A stretch of DNA of 64,000 bases from Atractiella rhizophila (lineage: Eukaryota): positions 1 to 64,000 of the forward strand of contig MU271290.1 in the NCBI GenBank assembly GCA_021432655.1, in the 5' to 3' direction. Below the pieces are notes generated by a model. The model ran no database searches, was not told the origin of the DNA, and worked only from the letters and a program-made list of their open reading frames with translations. Of the stretch, positions 51,101-64,000 are shown piece by piece. How positions within the stretch are numbered: the first letter of the stretch is position 1; each line of letters opens with the position of its first letter. Made by a program: the position numbers and the translations under genes.

Positions 51101-53129
51101 TTTAGGATCCTCTACCATGCAGGGACAATCTGGATTAATGTCTCCACATGGTCCATGAAGCATATGCTGACACACAATATCGAAAAGCTTGGGGTCAGCA
51201 TCTTTGTCTGGTAGTTCGGCGGATACAACACGGTCGATAGCTTCAGCATCCCTAATGGTATCTTGTGGATGAAGAATGATGAGAATATGAGCATGAGGTA
51301 GACCACGCTTCTGAAACTCAATTACCCAAACAAATCCGACTGTCCTCCCAAACATTGTGTTCTCTTTGATCTCCTGCATATAGGCTTTAACCTTTACACT
51401 GAAGACCCTAGAGACCAAATCTGGTCTGTCTGTAGCGGTTTGTCCAGGCAGTAAAGCTTCAGTGATTTCTGGCCAGCGAGGATTGCAGGTAAATGTTGTA
51501 AAGATGGTAGGAGAGCGTCGGTTTCCAACAATCGCCATTGCATCCTGAAACTGTTGATTCATCTGCCGAGGACTGCCACTGTGCGATGAGGGCAGAATAG
51601 TTCGCCTGCCAACATTTACAGGGTCTCGTCCTTCCTCCAAGGCATCGCCAAGCCCAGCATAAGACTCTGTTCGGAGCAATCCTTGATTGAATTGAAGGAA
51701 GTTCAATCGTCCACTTTCAATTTGTGCATATGCATCACAAACAAATTCCTGAAAGAGACGACCACCATGATGAATGAGAGAGAAGGTGTCCTTTTTTAGA
51801 TGGAGAAGGTAAGAATAGTAGTTCATTTGAGTAACATGATCCTGTTCACCCATGTTTCCAACGATTTGTCCATCATCGTTTCGATATTCCTCCCGTGGTC
51901 CAGGTCGAAGCAAATCTTTGTCCCGTAGGGGAATATAGGCATGCCATCCTTGCTCACCATAAGGAAACAAAAGTGGAAAACGCAGTGGAAGGTAGTTGGC
52001 ATTCTGATCACTGACTTTGTCGTAATAGCGCTGACCATCAGGACACCTAAGGTTGACTATAATGTCTCTCGTAATCCCTGCTGAGGCTCCTGATTCCCCT
52101 CCAATGAGTAGAACCGCTATTTCTCCTATCCCATGGCCTGTTGGCTTATTGTATCGCCGAGGGTCCTTGTCCTTGGGATCAATAGTCCAAAGGTGTAGTT
52201 GTAGTGTGGGAGCATCTTGCATTCGCTCCTTCGCAATTTGATAGATATATAGCCAGGGATTCTCGTGCCAGATCATCTCTTGAAGTCATCTTAATATATT
52301 CTCCTTTAACTTACTCCCCCCAACAACTCCTAACCTCTGCTGGATCTGTTCTGATGGATCGAGCATGTAGATCTGTGCAAATTTCTCCTCACCATCAGAG
52401 TCTGGTAGCAGTGCCCCAATTCGATGACAAAGCTCTCCTTGGATCCGGAAAGAATAAACTCCATGACCTGGAATAGGAGGTCGCTTGACACCAAGGGAAG
52501 TAAAGGAAAGAGCATTGTTATACGAACGTATATTCTCGTGGAACTGTTTCGATTCTGGTGCTTCAGGATTAAGAAGCTGGAGTAGTTCTGGAGGAGGGTC
52601 GTCATAAGCTGGCAGGACCACCTTTCCATGGAGACAGCAATAAGAAAATACTGGTCTTCTTTTGGAGCTATCTGACGTCCTTTCCTCTAGCCAACGAAAT
52701 GCACCACAGTGTGAGCAGAAGACAGTGTTCCAGCCGGAGAGTTTCAAGGTGTCAACAGTATGTGGAGAATAGTTGAATGCAGCAAAAGGATGACGGTCTA
52801 GCCTCTCATCCCGTGGTGGAACATATCTTGCATTGTGTAGATCATCTTCTTCAAGGTCTTCATCAGATGAGTCTGCATTGCTTCCTAATGGTTCTGGGTC
52901 TGGTTGGCGACGTTGACAGCGTTGCCTCTGCGGAGCATGTGCTTGCTTCTGCTGCCAAATCTCACGGGTCAAATGTTGAGGAGGTGTGGGTTGTGTAAGC
53001 TGAAAGCGCTGAGGTAACCCTGCAGCACGCCTCTCTGAACGCCGGGGAGGATCAATGGGCTATCTTCTCGCCTCTGCTGCTGGGCACGAATTCGTGTCTC
53101 AGCACCTTTTTTTGCTTGGGACGGGGCAT
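48180..53129 (-). mobile_element. Helitron, 3' end and defective RepHel gene (5' end not located)
   Basis: Rep motifs FTTFTCNP, IEFQKRGLPHAH, KYLFKY; Pif1 helicase motifs GPGGTGKT, IIWDE, QFPIKLAFCLTINKSQGQS, HGQLYVGLSR; subterminal hairpin TGCCC..GGGCA and CTTG|T end. Confidence 0.95.
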
Positions 53130-56100
53130 AATGAAGTCTACTTGGCCATCAGAAGCACATAACAGGCTATATTTCACTTACGTATCAGTCCTTTCCTTCC
53201 CTCATGAATGGCAAAAGCCAACTTTGGCACACAACCTGAGATCAGAGAAAAGATCAAGCCGTGCTAAAAAAAATTACATGCAGGGCAATTCTGGGCACCG
53301 CTGCTGCGGCAGAATTTGGTTCATTGCAGGGCTGCTGCGGCGGAATTGCGGGGACAGTAGTGGCTATTTCCCTGCTTTCAAAGGGTTCGAGTCCAGCACA
53401 AAACGCATTTTTTCAAACCTTTCAGAATAAAATTTCCTTGCAGGTTCAGAAAGGGGCAAGCATATGGGTTATGATGGTATAATTCATTTCATTCTACTGT
53501 GCATGGTGTGGGAGGTGTGAGGGCTCAAAAGTGCGTCTTATGACTCACGCCAAGAAACCCAACGCTCTTAGAAGAATAGATTGTCCATTTGTGTAATGGG
53601 AAACATGGGGACTACGAGATAATGCAGAGGACTGGGGTGACAAGGAGAGGGATGAGAGCTATAAGGAGGAAGTTCGAGGAAGATTTAATTGTCGTACCGT
53701 AGATTCAAGCAATTTGTGAATATGGCCTTTGCCACGGTTATGGAGGACTTGAGATTCAAAGCAATCACTTCGCATAATCCGATACTCTAACATAGAAAAA
53801 CGTTGTCCTCGACCTGTCCGATACTTTGGGTTGACTGTTCGAATATGGCAAACGTGGTATAGCAGACACTACTGGAAGAGAATAAAGGTTGCAAGTGAAG
53901 AGCATGCCATTTTCTCTCAAACACTTGTAAAACATTCGTTCATGCTGAAACCTGCTCCCCCAGAGCATTTCGACAAATCGATTGCAGCCATATGGAACGA
54001 CAGCAAGCATCCTTGTAAACTGCAAGAACTGATGAGAAGTGGTGATGAAAGAGTCCAAAGATTCACTTCCCAGAACTCCGGGTACTAGAAAGGCTGCGCA
54101 TGCCCAATCGTCACATTCCCAGTCCTGCTATCAGCTAAGATGAAAGTTGATGTCGTTTGTGTGTGAAGACTGTAATACGCTCCGCACAATCATCGCAAAA
54201 CTTCTGGAACTCGGAGTCTTCTCTGTGTGTGAACCGGATGTTGTAGTCATAGAGCCTTTTAAGGAATGCCTGGCAGTCTCAGGTAAAAGGCTTTCCATCA
54301 GCCGAACAGATAGCGTAGGGATGCAGGTTTAGCAATGCTTTGGGTCTCTTGGAAAAACTAACAGAATGTCGTCACAAAAGTTTGCACTTGCACTGCCAGT
54401 GGCACCTAGAGGTCTTGACTAGGTTTATCCAATAAACTACTACTAGTAGTAGAAAATAAAAATGTGCCAGCCACAGCCAGCCACTCACTTTCTTTATTAT
54501 TATTTCCTTTCCAGTCAGATTCTGGATGTGGAAGTGCTGAGAGAGTTTTTGCCAGGGTTTTGCACGGAATGATACCCGTAGCTCTAGATCCTAGACTCGC
54601 ATGGTTAAGACTTTCAGCGTCACTCGCTCAGACACAACCATAGACGCCGGTTCATTGTCGTTCCAGCTTCCTTGGGATTTGACCTTCCCATTTGACTTTT
54701 GCCCCTGCTTTTGTACCTTCAATGAAACCTTTGTGCAAATGCAAAGAAAACCTTCTACGCTCGAGAGAACCATTCTACCCTTCTATGATAAGGCGATGTA
54801 GGACGAAACTACTTTTTTACTGATAGTAACCCCAAATATTATGAAGGTGTTCTCTTTTTCAGCTCGGTGGCATCGAAGACTGACGGAGATTATCAAAAAT
54901 TACCTTCATCTGCCAAAAAACCTAGCCAGAACAAGGCTCTTTTTAAGATCCTTCTCCAGCTATTGCCAACCGTGAAAATCATCGACGTCGACCAAGCACC
55001 ATGGTCTGGGATCGACAATAGTTGGCCAATGAACAAACCATACTTCAACCATTCTGAGAGATAATGTATTAATCATCAGCAAGTGATGGCCAAGTAACCA
55101 CATCTTGGCAATGCTTTTGTGGCTCGACGATGCTTGAACAAAGATTGTTGCTACTTGAAAACAGTTGTAAGATTATATAAAAACCGTGAAGCGACAGAAT
55201 GAGATCCGAAATAACAATTTTCAAGGTCTGATAATTTCTTAAACATTCGACCCCAAGGTGGCACCAGCACATTGTTAGGGCAAACACTATGTGCGGTTGC
55301 CGACGGGCAATGCGTCTATAGTGGAGGTAAACCTAAGTGATAGTATGGCATGAGAAGACTAACCTGTAGTGGAGGTAAACCTAAGAGAATACTCTAAGGT
55401 CACCACCACTACATCTTGATGTATATATACATATGTGAAGGCACTGCCATAAACTGTAATGTATGTTTCTTGAAACATGTAAGATAGCCAGATCAGGAAA
55501 GCAATAAAGGGAATACTCGGAAAATAAGAGATACTGAACAGTACTAGAGAGAAAAGGTAGTAAGGCGAAAACAGGACGGTGCAGACCGGCGAAATGTATA
55601 AGGTTTGCTGAGCAGCGATTCATATGGAAAGGGGAAATCGGCGAACAGCGCGGGCATGAGCAAAGCGGCGACGAGTAGGCACATGCTCCCATGATGTGGT
55701 AAACTGGGTCATGTGACTTCAGATGCTGCATGTCGGTAATGCGTAGGGGCAAGCCTGACACACATTCAGATTTGGTTGAAATCCCTTGAATTTTTGTATA
55801 CCACCTTTACTACAGCCTGTTTCTCTCCCTATCGCTCCTCCTGTTCCTTACGTCCTCCTTCTCCCTCGCATCGCATCCCCTTCATGATTTCCCATCTGCT
55901 GCTTTCCTGCAGCCTCCAGTTGTCCACACACCCTCCAATCGTTGCTAACTGTCGTGGAGAGGTCAGGAGCTGAGTGGAGGTGATGCGAGCAGTCATTCGA
56001 TACAGTAGGAGACGGTGAGTCATAGATGACATGGGATGGCTAAAGAACAAAAGTGAATGCAAGTCGCAACGGAGAGCAAGCAAGGCGCACCTGATCCAAG

Positions 56101-58137
56101 GCCTTGAGGCAAAATGTAAAAGAAAGAAGCCAGTGGAGGAACTTTCAATACTTCCAAAACAGGCTGGTTAGCTAAGTGAAAGCGAGCAGGGAGACTCACA
56201 TTGCACAGCAACGGGTTAAACCAATGGTAAGACTACATGCAGACTTCAATACCAGGTAATGACAGAAGAATGAAAATTCTCACATGCGAAAAGAGGATGA
56301 ACTCGTCATGTGAAGTGCGATCCTGTGGCTAAAAGATGAGTCTAGTTCGTATCGAGCTTTGAAAATTATAGTAGCAAACAAGAAGTCGTTGTAGCTATGG
56401 ATCTCCGATTGAGAAAAGCCTTCTGTTTGGTGAAAAGCTTAAGATCGAAGTCAGGCCAAAGCTGAAGACGACAAGCAAAGAAATGTTCATCAGAAAGTTC
56501 CGCCTGGTTAATAAATATGGCACATCAGTCACTGCTAGGACAGAAAAAAGTCATCCATTAGGTGATGAATGCCGAAATTAGAAGGGAGATAAGGAGATAG
56601 TGTTTCTGCATTCCAATGAGACAGCACATAGGTGGCAATTTTGAAACGAGTCATTCCTGCTACTTCGCTACAGTAGAGGCTTGAGCCTCAGTGCTCGCAT
56701 TCAGTGCTTTTTCAGAAGCAAATTTGCGGCAGACACTTCATGAATCTGCAGCTCCAGCCTTCATGCTTCATTGGAAAACACTAACCTGCATGCCACACGC
56801 TCCAAACACTTGAAGAACTTACCTCCCACTCTTGTTTTACAGCAGAATCCTTGCAAGGTGTTCTTCAATGTCTTATAAACCCTTGTATTCCAAACTACTA
56901 ATCATGCCCATCACGGTCTTCATGCTCATTTTGATCCAATTGAGGAGGTGGGGGGGTGTCTAGACAAAGAGCGTTGTCCTAGGAGGTGAGTTGTTGCGCA
57001 CTGTGACTGGAATTGGAAGGGAAAGGCTGGGGAGTAGAGGAGGGAGAGGGAAGGGCAAGTCGTCGTTTTCTTTAACGTCAAATCTCATCAGAAGTCCAAC
57101 TTTCAGCAAGCTCATGTGCGAAGCCACTCTAGCTAGAGAGGAAGAACGCGTACCAGTTCAGCCTTCAGAGCACTTCCATGCCCTGTCCATGCTTCATGAC
57201 ACACCATCTTCACCTCCCACACCAACGAAACATGTGGCGTTTGGACACCAAAAGCAGTGTAAAGGCGAAAGGTGATGACTGTGACGGTTGTCGTGCGAAG
57301 TATGATTTATACTGCCACTAATACCAAAGTGAGTGATGTGTCAGCTCATGAGGTAAATCATACAGAACTTCAAGTGTTAGGAACCCATGATTTCTCCCTC
57401 AACTCCCCTATCTGATAGCAGAGCACACTTGAGGTAGCAGCTCTGCATACTCATCGCACAGAGAGTCAACGACTTCGCCCGTCCATCATGGCCTGAGAGA
57501 CAGCATACCGTTATTGCATTTCCTTCAGAAGTGGTACTCCGAGCCTCCTCATCGCTTCATCCCCATCTCCTTCACTTCTGGCATATTTTCCTTATCTTGC
57601 ACTACTCCTGCACCACAACTGCAGCGGGGTTGACCGAGGGTTGTGGACAGAGATGTCCCGTTGTTCCATCATTTTCGATGTTGCCAATGATATGCATTGC
57701 ATTGACAATAAAATAAAAGCACTAACCATCATTATTGCACCATTGGGTCCATTGTTTCTGAAGGAGTGGTCAACGACTGGCAAGTCCACTAATGGTCTGG
57801 CAACTGTAGACGGATGACAGGCAACCTAAGCCAAATTGGCATCAATTTTGTTTCGGTTGGAGGACAGTAGAAAGGTTCTTCTCACCTCCTTGCCACATAA
57901 GCTAGCAAACATGGAGCGATTGTTGACAAGCGCAGATAATGTTGTTATAGTTGACAATGGTGGGACAATGACGTAACAACAATTTGACAATTTTGGGACG
58001 GTCGTGGTTGGCTGCTGGCCAAGTTTTGTTTGTCCGCGACGATTGAGCCACGCTCACGACATAGCAGCGCAACCACTCGATCACGGTTTAGACATGGTGG
58101 TATGCCTTTCCAATCAACTTCCAGTACCTACAAGTAT

Positions 58138-61100
58138 TGTTGGAGGTATCCAGTGTGGTACGATCACCGCACACAGGTGTACATACGAACGGTCAATGAC
58201 CTGCTCTCCCTAGGTGCTTACCACCAGGGATGAGCAGGTAGGAGTCTCGGATAATAGTCATGCTAGGGTGCTTACCACCAGGGATGAGCAGATCCACATG
58301 GTAGCGAGAGCAGGTTGGGGAAAAATTTTCGAAAACGCTGTTGAATGAACGTTGACAAGTTAATATCTCTGCCCCCATCGCCGGCTCCAACCCCTTTTCC
58401 TGAGCAGGAAACCGAATCAAACGCATCCAGTGAGACCTTGGATCTCATCTTGGACCACGAGAAAGAGAAGGCGGCGGCCGCAACAATGGTGCAAAACTTG
58501 ATGAGTCTTTGGAGTGGTAGAAAGCTGGAGGCAGGGAACTGGAAATCTTGGTATGAAGAGTTTATTCGCTTGGCAGTAGGGAGTGGTTTTGGGGAGGTTG
58601 TTCTTGAGGAAGGGAGTGGAGGTACGCCTAAACCAGAACTTCCTACTTTCGCGATCGGCGGTTTGAAGGAGAATGCAACCTCGTTTACCTCTAAGATGAC
58701 CACCTATCAGAAATGGATCTCAAATGATGCGGCTGCCAATACTATCCTGAAGGCTCTCATGACGGAGAGTGATTGGGATTCGATGGCGAAACTTGGGACA
58801 TGTCGTGAGAGGATCAATGTCCTGAAGACGCAATACAGGGCTTTACAGAAGCAATCGGAAATATTCGACCTCCTCAATTTCGTCAATATGAGGCAAGTTG
58901 CGGGAGAAGACCAGAAGGAATAGTAGAATAAGTGACGAACCAAGAAACGAGCTATTAGCGATGCTAGATCCGAAGACAAAGTCCCGAATTCGTTCTTCCT
59001 TGACCTCCTGAAGGCTCAATCAATCCCGCCATGGACAGGGTTGATGGAGAAGGTAGAGAATGATCCGAAATGGGCGAGGGATTACACCAGTCCGACGTTA
59101 AGGGATAAGAAGTTTGAGTCCATGTTAGACGAAATCCTGGATTTCTGTATCAAGCAGTGGGACATGGACTTAAAGAGGATCGAGATAGGACAACCTCCTA
59201 CCAACGGGACATACCTCGATTATCCGACTCACGAACCCTCCAGCGCATATTCCGTCCAGAGCCCACGGACACCTACTGCTAATAGGACGCATAACTTCAT
59301 TCCAGGCACGCCGACAAGGAGAGGTTCAACGACAATGACGCCACCTCAACGTGTATTCCATCCGAAGTCACAGCAGCTTATGCCCACACTAAGACCATAC
59401 CGAAACGTTCCCCTATCATCCGAGAGGATGATATATGCGCTACCTCTGAGGAATGGAGGAAATCCAACACGTGTTGATCAATTGCAAGAGATTCCTGGAA
59501 GAGTTTGGAATGGTGGATTTACAGCTGGCGGAAAGCTGATGTTGAATGGGAGATGTCATGTCTGTTTTCAGGAGGGGCATCGTGGAGAAACATGTAGACT
59601 GAAGGAGGCGGATGTCAACACCAGAATGAGAGCAAGAGCGGCAGAAGTAGGGAGATATTATACGGGTATCACTCAGTGGAACGTCAGTGGCCTGGCTGTC
59701 TCTCGATTGAATACGACGGCGGACGATGACGGAACAAAGAACATTGTGGGAGCCGTTAACGTGCACATCGACGACGGGAGAGCTGATGGAACTGGAGATG
59801 GATCAGTCGTGTTCAGACCTAACGACCTTGCTTGGGTTCCTGCCTATGTACAGGAGGCGTTTGAACAGCGGGGACGACACCTTCCCGAAAATCCTGCTGC
59901 ATTATCCACCTTCCCGATCTATGTCCCTGGTTATGGCAAAGACAATCCTCTCCCTCCCGAACATCCATCCTTCAACCAAGAATGCAGATATTTGTCTGAA
60001 GGAATAGAATATGAAGAATATGACAGAGATGTCATGGGAGGCGCTCTTGGGGTACAGAGCTGGGAGATGCCTTCGGGAATGGATGGGGTGTGGTGTGTAT
60101 GGAACGGAGCATTTGCTGGGAAGGCAAGAGATGATGGACCCATTCTGGATTCGAAGTTCCGAGTAATCGATTGGCATGAGGACATTCTTCCACCGCGAAC
60201 TCCGCTGGCAACATTGAAGATGATACATGACACGGGTGCCACATATCACATGGTTTCCTCCTTCAACTTACTTCACAATGTTCGAGAAATAGAGGAACCG
60301 GTCGTCCTGCGAGGAGTCTTTGATAGTTCGGGTACCACGAAGATTGTTGGAGAAATCCATGCAGTCATGGAGAACACGGATGGAACCAGGTTCATTGTCG
60401 TCTTCGAAGATGTCCTCTATCTACCACAACTGGGGATCAATCTTATCTCTGCCATGCAGCTTATGCGCAATGGGATGCGATTCACGAACGACCGCGAAAC
60501 GATATACTATGGGATCGACGATGGGAGATCGATAGGATTTGCGGTTATTGGGGAAAAGAACGTCACCGTAAAGGCAAGTTACATCCCATCTCACACAACA
60601 TTCGACGCTCATGTCTGCTTTTCGTCTACGTCCTCGATTGCGAAATCAGTTGAATTGCATACCCTGCAGGAACGACTGGGACATCTGAGTTTTGGAAAGA
60701 TAAAGGATATGTTGCAAGAGGGGAAACTTGGAAATGTGACGTTAACGAAATCGAAATCAAATGAAGGGATTCCAAAGTGCTTGACATGTGCGATGTCTAA
60801 GTCGACTACGAAGACGAACAGGCCGAAGCAGCAGATGTCGGAGAGCATTCTGGGTGAAAGAATTTTGAGTGACATATGGGGACCTGCTCGAGTTAGGATG
60901 AGGAACGGGGAACGTTATGGCATGGGCATTCTGGAGGAGAGCACACGTTCCATATGGTGGATTCCGCTTCGTTCGAAGGCATCCGCACCCATCGTGCTAA
61001 AGGAATGGATCAGCCGATTTGAACGGGAACATGGAGTTAAAATTAAGAAGATACGAACCGATAGGGCAGCAGAGTACATGGGAATGACTCTGGCGACCTT

Positions 61101-63950
61101 TACCAGGACAGAAGGAATTCAGCATGAGACATCGATTGCCTATAAACACAACCATATGGGCATGATGGAGCGTCCGTGGTTGACATTGCGGAACATGACC
61201 AGAGTGTTATTACTACAGAGCGGTTTTCCTGTCAGTTTCTGGGGGGACGCTATGGCAACATCAGTTTATCTATACTTGAGGGTACCACATAAGGCACTCA
61301 CGGATGCCAGGAGCCCATACGAGGCGTTATACGGAAAATTACCGTCCATGGATCACCTTGTTGCTTTTGGGACATTGGGAGTTGCTACCATCCCAAAGGA
61401 GCGTCAAGAATCGAAGCTTCAACCTAGGGGAAGGGAAGGATACATGCTGGGATATTGTGAAGACGCGGCAGGATGGAGATTGTGGGATGCGGAGAAGAGG
61501 GTAGTATTTGAATCGGCTGATGTCGAATGGTTTGAAGGGGTCTTCTATCGAGAAAGGAAGGGAATGAGACGCGAGGAGGCTAGAGCGGCTTTAGAGGCTG
61601 GGATAGAAGAATTCTGGGGGAGGAATTGGGGTGTCCATGATTTCGCGCACGGTATGAGGGGCCTTCCGGAAGACCAGACTGAGGTAGCACCTGTGGGGGA
61701 CAGAATACGTGAGGAACACGACAATACGGCAGGGGATATGGGACGTGCAACCACACCTAGACCAGATGTTCGCCGATCATCTAGGAAGACCCTACGACGA
61801 GATTATAAGAAGATGAACTCGGGTATACAGGACTTACCAAGTGCATATGTTGTCCTGAGGCCTGGGATCAGAGAACAGGAGTCGAAGAAAGTGCGGGAGG
61901 CAAGGACGGTCGTTGAAAATCTGGTCCAGGCATCAGCGATTTTTGATGAGGCACAAACGGACGGGAACGTTGGAGGTGGGGCATTCGCGGTGGACGGAAA
62001 TTGGGACGGGAATGACGATACACCTACGTTTTCGAAGGCAATGATGGGCGAAGAAAGGGACGGGTGGACTGGAGCATGTGGAGGGGAGTGGGGACAAATC
62101 ACAGGGATGGGGGTTTTGGGTCCGCTACAGCCGAAACCGGACAGAGTCGTTCCTATTCCACTGAAGTGGGTGTTAAGCAAGAAGAGGAAGTTGGGGGGTG
62201 AATTTCTGAAATATAAGGCGCGACTAGTTGCCCTTGGAAATAAGCAGGTGGAGGGTCGAGATTTTACGGAAACCTATGCTCCGATGGTACGCATGTCCAC
62301 CATCAGAGTTGTCCTTGCGCTTGCCGCCATAAACGGGTGGACCCTGGGACAGTTCGACGTTGGAAATGCATTCTTACATGGAGAATTAGAGGAAGAGATA
62401 TATGTCCAGCAGCCACCGGGCCTTGTTGATCCCGAACATCCTGACTGGGTTTACCGAGTAAAGAAGAGTCTCTACGGGTTGCAACAGGCAGGGAAGAGTT
62501 GGAACGAAGAATACAGCACGATGATGAAGGAGGAAGGATTCGTGAAATCACAGGCTGATCACGGAATGTACGTTAGACAGGATCATAGGGGACTGGTAAT
62601 AGTACTCTTACACGTGGATGATGGACTCGTTGCATCGACGTCGACGGATTTGCGAGACAGCTTGATGAAGAAAATGGTGCCGGTCTTCAAGAGAGTTACA
62701 CATGGCGAAGTGGGGGAGTACCTTGGGATGCGGATTACCCAGGATCATGAGAATCGGCGTGTAACGATGGATCAGATCGACTACATCAAGAGATGTATTG
62801 CGAAATACGGTTTTCAGGACCATTCTGTTGTCAGCACACCTTGCGATCCGAAGGACAAGTTGACAAACGATATGTCACCGAAGACTGAACGGGAGAAGAC
62901 GGAAATGGGAGGGATACCGTTCTCGGAGGCAGTTGGTGCGTTGATGTATCTGGCAGTCAACACGCGGCCAGATATTCTATATGCCGTAAATCGAGTGAGT
63001 AGGTATATGGTAAACCCGGGGATGGGACATTGGAAGGCAGTAACGAGGATTTACCGATATTTGAAAGGGACAACCGGAAGGGTTTTAAGATGGGATGGGA
63101 AGGGTACATCAAATGAACTGGTGGGATGGTGCGATGCGGATCATGCGGGGGACATCGACAGCAGACGGTCGATATCTGGTTGCCATTTCAATCTGGCGGG
63201 CGGGATGGTCTCTTGTTTTTCGACTGCTCAGAAATCGGTAGCAATCTCGTCTACAGAAGCTGAATACATGGCACTCTCTTTGGCTGCGAGGGAGGCGGTA
63301 TGGTTGAGAGAGATCCTGAGGACACTTGGATTTGAACAGAGATTCCCAACGATAATACGGGGTGACAATCAGAGCGCAATAATCCTCGCAAAACATCCCG
63401 CAAACCACAATCGAACGAAGCACATCGGCGTGCATTATCACTACACGAGAGAAAGGGTTCAGGGCAAGGAAATTGCGATGAAGTGGGTCCCTACTTCAGA
63501 GATGTCAGCGGACGTGTTCACAAAAGGGTTGGGTGCTGAGCCACATTACCGTTTCTGCTCATCGTTAGGACTGCTGTGAGGGGACGGGGATACGAGCGGG
63601 CGTTCTATTGAAGATGTAAGACCCGTGGAAACGGTCTGTCCAATTCTATTATCGGGTTACCATTAGAACGCTGATGTGCACGGGGGGACCATCGAGACAA
63701 ACACGGGGATTGAGTGGACCGAAACGGGATAGGGCATGGAGAGGCGGAAAGAGGAGGGGCACGAAGGTGGAGGAGAGGTGTGCGGCGATTGAGGAGGGGT
63801 ATCCAGTGTGGTACGATCACCGCACACAGGTGTACGTACGAACTGTCAATGACCTGCGCTCCCTAGGTGCTTACCACCAGGGATGAGCAGGTAGGAGTCT
63901 CGGATAATAGTCAAGCTAGGTGCTTACCACCAGGGATGAGCAGATTCACA
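58138..63950 (+). mobile_element. Ty1/copia LTR retrotransposon 2 with 5-bp TSD AGTAT
   Basis: 5' LTR 58138-58298, PBS TGGTAGCGAGAG at 58299, 3' LTR about 63798-63950, TSD at 58133-58137 and 63951-63955; CCHC, PR (HDTGAT), IN, RT (LHVDD), RNaseH (WCDAD). Confidence 0.98.
58345..63579 (+). pseudogene. gag-pol polyprotein of copia 2, single frame broken only by three stops at 58921-58935
   Basis: ORFs 58345 and 59041 are in the same frame, separated by TAG TAG AAT AAG TGA. Confidence 0.9.
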
Positions 63951-64000
63951 AGTATTTTACGGACATTGGACAAGAATCTTGCAAAGGCCCAAAGGGACCC

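Overview
Eukaryotic, intron-rich fungal DNA. The short introns and gene content suggest a basidiomycete; this is inferred and the species is not identified. Left to right: (1) the 5' part of HSE1 (minus strand), divergent from an intact transketolase. (2) A three-copy tandem amplification (about 2.4-18.6 kb). Its unit is a transketolase 3' half, a decayed spacer, an intronless F-box-like ORF and a conserved 3' flank. The F-box-like ORFs were kept and diversified while the transketolase copies decayed. (3) Several small genes: LCL2, an RmlD/MAT2B-like reductase, two atypical CFEM-like GPI proteins, a protein with about 13 HMG/YABBY-like repeats, a Zn2Cys6 factor and a SAM methyltransferase. (4) A transposon-rich right half: a defective Ty1/copia element whose LTRs differ in tandem-repeat number and lack a TSD, a 190-bp MITE, a defective intron-containing Helitron that interrupts an NPR3-like gene, and a second copia element (TSD AGTAT) with three clustered gag stops and a deleted 3'-LTR end. 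Exon boundaries were read by eye and many are approximate. No database searches were run.
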